Assembly (NCBI GenBank): GCA_023388335.1 | Contig: JAEWGL010000213.1 | Location: 14,186 to 78,185 of the forward strand | DNA length: 64,000 nucleotides | Direction of reading: 5' to 3' | Source of the DNA: Pseudomonadota bacterium | Lineage (GTDB): Bacteria > Pseudomonadota > Gammaproteobacteria > Pseudomonadales > Pseudomonadaceae | Shown here: one piece after another, positions 57,040-64,000 of the stretch | Position numbering within the stretch: the stretch's first letter is position 1 | Layout: each line of letters begins with the position of its first letter | Program-made: the position numbers and the translations under genes | Notes under the pieces: generated by a model | Databases searched by the model: none | What the model was told of the DNA's origin: nothing | The model's input: only the letters and a program-made list of their open reading frames with translations

Positions 57040-57057
57040 TCGTTGGAGGGCCCAGGT

Positions 57058-58401
57058 ATGACGGTCATGATTCGCAATGGCGCCACTACGGCGGTGCCCT
57101 TGCCTGAACAGGCAACCTATAAGGCTCGTTACCAGGCCATGCTCGAGGGTAACAGCAGCGATAGCGCCAGTTGGCTCGCCAGCCAGTTGGACCGCACCGA
57201 CGGCCTGCCTGATACCTTGCCAGCTTCACCCTCTGCCTTGTTCCATTGGACAAATCACGCTGCTGGCGAGGTGGCGCAGGCCTATGCGCGCTATCTTGAA
57301 CAACGCCGCCAGGGCAGCCCTCGCCAGTACTTTGCCAACCGCGCCCAAGCGCTGTATTTCATCCAGCAGGTCGCGCCGACCAAGGCGGTCGATGGCGCCT
57401 GGCTGCAAGGCACCTTGCGCCATTGGCGCGACCCGCGCTTTCACGGCCTGATCCGTACCTACCTTGAAGAGCTCGGCGACGGCGATGCACGCGGCAACCA
57501 TGTGCTGGTGTACCAGCGCCTGCTCAGCCATCTCGGCTGCCTGGAGCCCGTACTGCTGGATGATGAGCGTTATCTGCAAGGCGCGATCCAGTTGGCCCTG
57601 GGTCTCAATACGCAAGCCTTCCTGCCAGAAGTGATCGGTTACAACCTGGGGTATGAGCAGCCGCCTTTGCACCTGTTGATCACCACCTTCGAATTGGCGG
57701 AACTGGGCATCGACGCTCATTACTTCCGCTTGCATGTAACGATCGACAATGCCGCCAGCGGCCACGCGCAGAAGTCGGTGCAAGCCCTGCATCTGCTGTT
57801 GCCTGAAGGCGATTGGCAAGACTTTTACCGCCGCGTGGCGCGCGGCTATCGCCTCAACGACCTGGGCATGGACACCCCCAGCCTGATCGCCGGCTTCGAC
57901 CTGCACGGTGAGTTGGTGTCAGCACTCGAGCGCAAGCGCAGCTTCGGTCAGTACATGCATTCGGATTACTGCAAGCTGCAAGGTCGGACCATCAACCAAT
58001 GGCTTGGCGAGCCCGGCAGCATGCCCGCCTTCCTCGAAGCGCTACAGGCCCAAGGCTGGATCAAGCGCGACCAGCAGCCGTCGCAGAGCCGCTTCTGGGG
58101 GCTGATCGAGGGGCCCGCGGCGCCCATGATCGGCGTCTTCACGCCCTACGAGATGCAGCTTTGGCATGACTGGATTGCCGGCAGCTGGCAGGCGCCGCCT
58201 TGTCGTCGGCTGCAGCCGGGCAGTTGGGAGCCCGATACGCGGCAATCATCAACATCAGTCAGATGCGCAGAAGCGTTGCCTGATGACATCGATGGATTGA
58301 TCGAGCGCATGGCCGGCAACCGGCATGCCTTGCCAGGCGGCCTGCAGGCCACCCAGGCCTACGGGAAACTCACCGGATTGTCCCATGGGAGACCTTGCTG
58401 A
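57058..58401 (+). CDS. heme-oxygenase-like diiron oxidase/oxygenase (HDO; iron-containing redox enzyme family)
   Basis: GGAGGG RBS then ATG at 57058. Candidate metal-ligand helices are YLEELGDGDARGNH, EVIGYNLGYE and LHVTIDNAASGH, giving an E...H / E / H-x3-D...H pattern as in the SznF/CADD/UndA-type family. Confidence 0.7.
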   Translation: MTVMIRNGATTAVPLPEQATYKARYQAMLEGNSSDSASWLASQLDRTDGLPDTLPASPSALFHWTNHAAGEVAQAYARYLEQRRQGSPRQYFANRAQALYFIQQVAPTKAVDGAWLQGTLRHWRDPRFHGLIRTYLEELGDGDARGNHVLVYQRLLSHLGCLEPVLLDDERYLQGAIQLALGLNTQAFLPEVIGYNLGYEQPPLHLLITTFELAELGIDAHYFRLHVTIDNAASGHAQKSVQALHLLLPEGDWQDFYRRVARGYRLNDLGMDTPSLIAGFDLHGELVSALERKRSFGQYMHSDYCKLQGRTINQWLGEPGSMPAFLEALQAQGWIKRDQQPSQSRFWGLIEGPAAPMIGVFTPYEMQLWHDWIAGSWQAPPCRRLQPGSWEPDTRQSSTSVRCAEALPDDIDGLIERMAGNRHALPGGLQATQAYGKLTGLSHGRPC

Positions 58402-59354
58402 TGCTGTTGAACGAAGACCAGATCCAGGCCGATGAAGCCTTGCTGCAACTCGGCCGTCGACTGAGCGCCGACGGTTACCAGTTCACCTGCGTGACCCCAG
58501 CGACCCAGGCGCGCAACAACGCCCGGACCTCGGCACAGCGGGCCCACACCTTGCGCGATGTGTTTGGCTGGAATCGACCATTTCCGGCGTCTTTGCTGTC
58601 GGCCGACGAGCTACAGCAGCTGCGTGCCGCGCAGGTGCTGGAGGAGCAGGGCGAATTGCTGCGCAGTCGAGTGCGCTGGTCCAGCCTCAACGACCTGTTG
58701 CTGGTGCATTCGGGCTACCCCACCGACGCGCAGGATGCAGTGTTCTTCGGCCCCGACAGCTACCGTTTCGCGCAGGTGATCAGCGATCACCTGCAGCATA
58801 GTTTTGCCCACCTCCATCACGCACTGGACATCGGTTGCGGCAGTGGCATCGGCGCCTTGCTGATCGCCAGCGCGGCCCGTCATGCCCAGGTCACTGCGGT
58901 GGACATCAACCCATTGGCCCTGCGTTATGCCGCGATCAACGCGGCACTGGCCGGCCTGGGCAATGTGGCGGTGGCGCAGAGCGATCTGCTCGAAGATGTC
59001 ACCGGTACCTTCGATCTGATCGTCGCCAACCCACCCTATATGCTCGACGCCGATGAGCGCCTGTACCGTCATGGTGGCGGCCCGCTAGGGGCGGCGTTGT
59101 CCGTGCGCATCGTCGAACAGGCTCTGCCGCGCCTGAGCCCAGGCGGCAGCTTGCTGCTGTACACCGGGGTGGCGGTCGTCGAGGGCAAGGACGCCTTGCT
59201 CGCCGCGATCCGCTTGCGCTTGGCCGGACCCGAGTGGCGTTGGTACTACCGCGAGCTGGACCCGGACGTGTTCGGCGAGCAGCTCGAAGAAACCGGTTAT
59301 GACCAGGTCGAGCGAATCGCCGCTGTCGCCCTGACCGTCACCCGCGCCAGTTGA
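58401..59354 (+). CDS. class I SAM-dependent methyltransferase with NPPY motif (HemK/PrmC-like N-methyltransferase fold)
   Basis: Its ATG shares one nucleotide with the HDO stop (TGATG). Motif I LDIGCGSGIGALLIA and motif IV DLIVANPPYM. Confidence 0.8.
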   Translation: MLLNEDQIQADEALLQLGRRLSADGYQFTCVTPATQARNNARTSAQRAHTLRDVFGWNRPFPASLLSADELQQLRAAQVLEEQGELLRSRVRWSSLNDLLLVHSGYPTDAQDAVFFGPDSYRFAQVISDHLQHSFAHLHHALDIGCGSGIGALLIASAARHAQVTAVDINPLALRYAAINAALAGLGNVAVAQSDLLEDVTGTFDLIVANPPYMLDADERLYRHGGGPLGAALSVRIVEQALPRLSPGGSLLLYTGVAVVEGKDALLAAIRLRLAGPEWRWYYRELDPDVFGEQLEETGYDQVERIAAVALTVTRAS

Positions 59355-59365
59355 GCGCTACGACC

Positions 59366-60529
59366 ATGGCCGCGCCTTGCAATTTCGGCATCGAGGAAGA
59401 ATACCTGCTGGTGGATCGTGCCAGTGGGCAGGTGTTGGCTCGACCTTCGCTGGCGGTGGCCAGGTTATGCCGCGAGGTAATGGGCAAGTACCTGGCCGAG
59501 GAGATGTTCCGTAGCCAGATCGAGATCGCCTCCCCAGTGTTTGGCAACCTGCACCAGGCGCGCGAGTTCTTCACCCAGAGTCGACAGCATCTGGCCAAGG
59601 CGCTGGCCGAGGAAAACGTCGGGCTGTTCTGCGCGGCCAGCCACCCTTCGTCGCTGTGGCTACGTCAGCAGCCTCGGCCCACGCCGCACTATCGACAGAT
59701 ATTCCAGGACTATCAGCACGTCGCCCGGCGCAGCCTGCTCTCGGGTCTGCATGTGCATGTCGGTGTGCCGGAAGGCTGCGACCGTATCCAGCTGATCAAC
59801 CGGGTGCTGTATTGGCTACCGCTGCTGCTGCTGCTCAGTACCTCGTCTCCGCTGTGGGGCGGGCAGGTCACCGGCTACATGAGCTATCGGCGGGTCATCT
59901 GTGGCGAGTGGCCGCACATGGGGCTGCCCGAGCCGCTCGCTGACTGGTCGGCCTACCAGCGCTATCGGACCTTGTTGCACCGCACCGGGGCGCTGGCGGC
60001 GGATGGCGCGCTGTGGTGGGCAATCCGGCCATCCCATCGGTTTCCCACCGTCGAACTGCGAATCACCGATGCTTGTCCGCGGCTGGAAGATGCTCTGTGC
60101 ATTGCCGGGTTGTTCCGGCACTTGGTCGAGCACTGCGCGGTGCCGCGCTACGATCCGCAACCGCTGAGCCGGGAAATACGCTGGGTGACCCAGGAGAACT
60201 ACTGGCGCGCGCTGCGCTACGGCCGCCAGGGAACCTACATAGGGGTGCACGACCAACATCCCGTGACTGCCTTGGGCTGGCTTGCCCAGGCCCAAGCCCA
60301 GTTCGGCTGTGATACGGCTGACGCCGACCGGGCGTTCCAGCATGCCCGGCGGATCCTTACCGAGGGCACCAGCGCCGAACGCCAGTTGGCCAGCCTGGAG
60401 CAGGCCCGGCGCGGAGGGCTGGACCACCGCCAGGCGCTGCGCGTGGTCGTCGACGAACTGCTGGAAGAGGCCGTAGCCGATGATGGCCATGGTGCCTCGA
60501 CACCCATCGCCCTGCAGGGGCAAGCCTGA
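59366..60529 (+). CDS. carboxylate-amine ligase, glutamate-cysteine ligase family 2 (YbdK-like)
   Basis: FGIEEEYLLVD N-terminal motif and GLHVHVGV. The start is either TTG at 59351, overlapping the methyltransferase stop, or ATG at 59366. Confidence 0.85.
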   Translation: MAAPCNFGIEEEYLLVDRASGQVLARPSLAVARLCREVMGKYLAEEMFRSQIEIASPVFGNLHQAREFFTQSRQHLAKALAEENVGLFCAASHPSSLWLRQQPRPTPHYRQIFQDYQHVARRSLLSGLHVHVGVPEGCDRIQLINRVLYWLPLLLLLSTSSPLWGGQVTGYMSYRRVICGEWPHMGLPEPLADWSAYQRYRTLLHRTGALAADGALWWAIRPSHRFPTVELRITDACPRLEDALCIAGLFRHLVEHCAVPRYDPQPLSREIRWVTQENYWRALRYGRQGTYIGVHDQHPVTALGWLAQAQAQFGCDTADADRAFQHARRILTEGTSAERQLASLEQARRGGLDHRQALRVVVDELLEEAVADDGHGASTPIALQGQA

Positions 60530-60553
60530 TCGATAAACGTGGAGGCACCTGAA

Positions 60554-60787
60554 ATGAACGAACTCCTTCCCTACTTCTGGACCGCCATGGCGGTGATCGT
60601 CCTATTGCTGGACCTCTGGGCCATCGTCAGTGTATTGCGCAGTCAGAAGTCCCAGGGCACCAAGCTGATATGGGTCCTGGTGCTGTTGCTGCTGCCGGTC
60701 CTTGGGCTGATCATCTGGGGCATTGCAGGTCCGCGGGGCATCAAGCCTGGGTCCGGACCGACCTCGCCGGAACATAGCAAAGGCTAG
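60554..60787 (+). CDS. PLD-nuclease N-terminal (PLDc_N) domain small membrane protein
   Basis: GGAGG RBS then ATG at 60554. Two TM segments, with LWAIVSVLRS...TKLIWVLVLLLLPVLGLIIWGIAGPR. Confidence 0.65.
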   Translation: MNELLPYFWTAMAVIVLLLDLWAIVSVLRSQKSQGTKLIWVLVLLLLPVLGLIIWGIAGPRGIKPGSGPTSPEHSKG

Positions 60788-61236
60788 CTCGCCCCATCCC
60801 GGCTGATGATCGAGATCTTGCCGTTGCGTTCGACGATGGCGTATCGGATCTGGCTGACGTCCGTGAGGCCCTGATTGGCGCGCGCCGACTCGAGAATATC
60901 GTCCTCGGTCAATCGCGAGCGGCGCATGCGGCCATGCAAAAAGTGTCCGTCCTCGACCACCACGGTGGCATGCCCGTCAAGCAGCCGGGCCACGCTCAGC
61001 GAGTTGAGCTTGACCAGTGACAGGCCCACGTCCAGCACGATCAGCGTGGCAATCACCAGCACCGCATTGGTGAACGAGAAATCCTCCCCCAGCAGCGCTT
61101 GCTGGGTAGCTTCGCCGATGATCAGCAGCAGGACGAAATCAAAGGTCGTCAGATCCGCCAACGAGCGGCGCCCGGCAACCCGAAACAACACCATCAGCGC
61201 CACATACATGGCACCTGCGCGCAAGACTGAATCCAT
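60784..61236 (-). CDS. DUF421 (YetF-like) membrane protein
   Basis: 150-aa ORF. ...RVAGRRSLADLTTFDFVLLLIIGE... is typical of DUF421. Confidence 0.75.
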   Translation of the reverse strand: MDSVLRAGAMYVALMVLFRVAGRRSLADLTTFDFVLLLIIGEATQQALLGEDFSFTNAVLVIATLIVLDVGLSLVKLNSLSVARLLDGHATVVVEDGHFLHGRMRRSRLTEDDILESARANQGLTDVSQIRYAIVERNGKISIISRDGAS

Positions 61237-61245
61237 GTCGTTTCC

Positions 61246-61755
61246 TCAGGGATAGACGAAAGTGGAAAAGCGCACGGCGCTGTCTGGGCCAACCCGTGCG
61301 GTGCCACTGAACTGACCGATATTGTCGTTGCGCAGCGTCACGTACAAGGTGGCAAAACCGTCCCGGTCCGTGCCCAGGTGGAGCAGCAGGGCACGTCCCT
61401 GGGACACGGAAACCAGAGGTTGAGGTTGCAGCGTCTCTATCGTGAGGTCGCGGAACATGGAACCGCCAAGCAGCAGCGTGGCTTCTGAATCAGGCTTGCC
61501 CTGCACGCGGATGCGCAGCTGCTCCGCGGCGCCGTTGCGGGTGAACCGTGCATACTCCACTTGCACCCGCCCGTCGGCGCTTCTCACCGTGCGTTCGCTG
61601 AGCGGGCCGTTGCCGAACAGGCCTGCCAGGCTCAGGCCGACCACGCCCACCAAGGCGTACCAGCCCAGACGCTCGAAGCGCCAGACCCGCCGTTGCATGC
61701 GCATGTCTTCGCTGACAGGGTAGTGCCGGGCCGACTCTTCATCCGTGTTCGCCAT
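61246..61755 (-). CDS. hypothetical single-TM protein (169 aa)
   Basis: An ORF with good coding character, lying between pncC-like and DUF421 genes on the same strand with 9-27 nt gaps. Confidence 0.5.
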   Translation of the reverse strand: MANTDEESARHYPVSEDMRMQRRVWRFERLGWYALVGVVGLSLAGLFGNGPLSERTVRSADGRVQVEYARFTRNGAAEQLRIRVQGKPDSEATLLLGGSMFRDLTIETLQPQPLVSVSQGRALLLHLGTDRDGFATLYVTLRNDNIGQFSGTARVGPDSAVRFSTFVYP

Positions 61756-61782
61756 GGCTCTGCGTCTCCTGGGTAGCGCGTG

Positions 61783-62289
61783 TCAGGCGCGCTCGCCACG
61801 TAACCAGCGTTGATGGAAATGCATCAGTTGCACCAGCCCGTGCAAGGAAGCCTGGTGCAATACCGTATGACGGTCGCCGAAGAATCGCTCGGTGCGACTG
61901 AACACAGCCGCCGTCGGCAGTTCGGCAAAGGCCCAGGCGAAACACAAGGTACCGGGTTGTATGGCACCCTGCGGCTCGGGGCCGGCGACGCCAGTGGTGG
62001 CGATGGCGACGCTGGCCGGGCTGTCGGCCAGCGCGCCGAGGGCCATTTCCCGGGCGACTTCCTGACTGGTCAGGCCGAACTGTTCGATGGTCCGTGCCTT
62101 GACCCCGAGCAGGCGCTGCTTGGCGTCTGGGGAATACACTACATAGCCGCTTTCGAGTACGCAGCCGGTGCCGGTCTTTTCGGACAGCAACGCTACCATC
62201 CTGCCGGCTGTACACGATTCGGCGGTGGTTAACAGCAGGCCGTGGGCCTTAAGGTAGTTCTCTACCTGGTCGATCGGATCGTGGGCCAT
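61783..62289 (-). CDS. pncC: CinA C-terminal domain / nicotinamide-nucleotide amidohydrolase PncC-like
   Basis: 168-aa ORF containing LLLTTAESCTAGRMVALL...YVVYSPDAKQRLLGV. Confidence 0.85.
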   Translation of the reverse strand: MAHDPIDQVENYLKAHGLLLTTAESCTAGRMVALLSEKTGTGCVLESGYVVYSPDAKQRLLGVKARTIEQFGLTSQEVAREMALGALADSPASVAIATTGVAGPEPQGAIQPGTLCFAWAFAELPTAAVFSRTERFFGDRHTVLHQASLHGLVQLMHFHQRWLRGERA

Positions 62290-62469
62290 GATTTCTCGCC
62301 TAGTACGTTTCTCATGTGGTGGACGCTAGTGCCCACAGATTGGTTCAGACCGCTTACGGCAACCATCGGTCGGTGCCTTCGCTGCCCGGAGCAAACCTTC
62401 TGAGCCTGTGTGCGCTCGAATGTCCAGTACCTGCGCCAGCCGGCGCCACAACCCCTCAGGAGGTGGCCA

Positions 62470-63378
62470 ATGCCCAAGAGCAAACCCCAAGATCAGTACA
62501 GCATGCAGAACCCGCTTACGCAGTATCCGCAACCACCTTTTCCCGCGCAGACTCAGCCCGAGCCTGGCCTGGATGCGAAGATGAACCCCGAGCCTGACCA
62601 CGGCGAACAGACTTACAAAGGCTTTGGCCGGCTCGCCGGACGCAAGGCGCTGATCACCGGCGCCGACTCAGGTATAGGTCGTGCCGTGGCGATTGCCTAT
62701 GCCCGGGAGGGGGCTGACATCGTGCTCAACTACCTGCCGATCGAGCAGGCCGATGCGCGCGAAGTGATCAAGCTGATCGAAGCCGAAGGGCGCAAGGCCA
62801 TCGCCCTGCCAGGCGATCTCAAGGATGAGGCCTTCTGCAAGCAGCTGGTCGATCAGGCCCATGAGCAACTGGGCGGCCTGGACATCCTGGTCAATGTCGC
62901 CGGCAAGCAGATTGCTCGCAAGGACGTGGGCCAGGTCAGCAGCGAGCAGTTCGACGCGACCATGAAGACCAACGTCTATGCCTTGTTCTGGCTATGCCAG
63001 GCGGCTGTGCCGCTGATGCCGGCCGGCGGCACCATCATCAATACCGCTTCGATCCAGTCCTACCAGCCTTCGGCGACGTTGCTCGACTACGCCACCACCA
63101 AGGCAGCCATCGTCGCCTTTACCAAGGCCTTGGCCAAACAGGTGATCGAGCGCGGTATTCGAGTCAACGCCGTGGCGCCGGGACCGATCTGGACGGTGCT
63201 GCAACCGAGCGGCGGACAACCCCCGGAGAAGATTCCCGATTTCGGCAGCCAGACGCCCATGAAGCGGCCCGGCCAACCAGCCGAATGCGCCCCCTTGTAT
63301 GTGCTGCTTGCCTCGCAGGAGTCCAGCTACATCACCGGCGAGATCTTCGGCGTCACGGGCGGTAATCCGCTGCCGTAG
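62470..63378 (+). CDS. SDR family oxidoreductase (YghA / general-stress-protein-39-like)
   Basis: AGGAGG RBS then ATG at 62470. The N-terminal [34 protein letters not shown]... leader is typical of this SDR subgroup. [10 protein letters not shown] motif. Confidence 0.9.
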   Translation: MPKSKPQDQYSMQNPLTQYPQPPFPAQTQPEPGLDAKMNPEPDHGEQTYKGFGRLAGRKALITGADSGIGRAVAIAYAREGADIVLNYLPIEQADAREVIKLIEAEGRKAIALPGDLKDEAFCKQLVDQAHEQLGGLDILVNVAGKQIARKDVGQVSSEQFDATMKTNVYALFWLCQAAVPLMPAGGTIINTASIQSYQPSATLLDYATTKAAIVAFTKALAKQVIERGIRVNAVAPGPIWTVLQPSGGQPPEKIPDFGSQTPMKRPGQPAECAPLYVLLASQESSYITGEIFGVTGGNPLP

Positions 63379-63613
63379 GGCAGAACGAGTAAACCTTCGG
63401 CAGGTGGCACAGTCACTGACAGTAAGTGCCCGCGATTGCGGGCCGTGGAGGTGACTGATGAAACTGGTCTGCCTGTTGCGTGGTTGCCAATGGCGTGCCT
63501 TGCGCATTCGCGAGGTCGCCGGGCTTCACTGTCATTGCTGTGAACGTTGCGGCGCCCTGCGCTATTGCGCGCCGGGCGCTGTGCTCGATCAATCACACTA
63601 GGAGCCGCCGGTC

Positions 63614-64000
63614 ATGGCAAGAGCCATCTGGAAGGGTGCGATCAGCTTCGGCCTGGTGCACATTCCCGTCAGCCTCAACACTGCGGTGCGTACTGAGCGT
63701 GTCGACTTTGACTGGCTCGACAAGCGCAGCATGGACCCGGTGGGCTACAAGCGCATCAACAAGGTCACCGGCAAGGACATCGACAAGGAAAACATCGTCA
63801 AGGGCGTGGCGTACGAGAAGGGCCGCTACGTGGTGATCAGCGAGGAAGAGATTCGCCAGGCCCGCCCCGAGGCGACCCAGACCATCGATATCTTCTCGTT
63901 CGTCGATGCTGGCGTGATCCCCCTGCAGCACTTCGACACGCCTTACTACCTGAGCCCTGACCGGCGCGGTGGCAAGGTCTATGCCTTGTTACGCGAGACC
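63614..64000 (+). CDS. ku: Ku protein (non-homologous end joining), first 129 codons; runs off the right edge
   Basis: Not in the ORF track (no stop in the window). AGGAG RBS. Translation MARAIWKGAISFGLVHIPVSLNTAV...YYLSPD is the canonical bacterial Ku N-terminus. Confidence 0.9.
   Translation, partial: MARAIWKGAISFGLVHIPVSLNTAVRTERVDFDWLDKRSMDPVGYKRINKVTGKDIDKENIVKGVAYEKGRYVVISEEEIRQARPEATQTIDIFSFVDAGVIPLQHFDTPYYLSPDRRGGKVYALLRET

Noticed and set aside
56487-57086. 199-aa ORF on the - strand spanning the KGG-protein and lipoprotein loci.
   Set aside because: The + strand here carries two short genes with good RBSs and recognisable features (KGG repeats, a lipobox). The minus-strand translation is Ala/Gly/Ser/Arg-rich with no start context.

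Overview
A 64-kb, GC-rich chromosomal segment that looks like a Pseudomonas putida-group genome. This is judged from gene content, codon bias and one P. putida-type REP element; no database search was possible. About 75 genes can be supported. Most are core metabolism, transport and stress genes, including alkB (partial), pagL, pnuC with a nadR-like kinase, uppP, azoR, ybiT, ogt, an acetoacetyl-CoA synthetase-ecotin-bdhA group, yejABE, a class-I DAHP synthase, glxK with its CdaR regulator, xthA, mgtC and ku (partial). Two AT-richer accessory patches interrupt this background. The first (about 21.7-25.9 kb) is a decayed integrative island with a truncated, frameshifted integrase, a HigB-2-like toxin broken by a frameshift next to an intact antitoxin, an SRAP peptidase, an intact higBA pair and orphan small genes. 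The second (about 46.9-50.6 kb) has an intact tyrosine recombinase divergent from a KfrA_N coiled-coil DNA-binding protein. No rRNA, tRNA or CRISPR array was seen. The two most interesting signals are below the 60-aa cutoff of the ORF track or need operon context. (1) Two tandem short ORFs rich in Phe/Tyr/Trp codons, with a promoter-like element, a perfect intrinsic terminator and alternative pairings, sit directly upstream of the DAHP synthase; this is a candidate aromatic-amino-acid attenuator. (2) A translationally coupled operon encodes a heme-oxygenase-like diiron enzyme, an NPPY-type methyltransferase and a GCS2/YbdK carboxylate-amine ligase, flanked by small lipoprotein and membrane genes; this is a candidate uncharacterised small-molecule pathway. 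Many long ORFs in the track are antisense or alternative-frame artefacts of high GC and were rejected. All family assignments come from remembered motifs, not searches.
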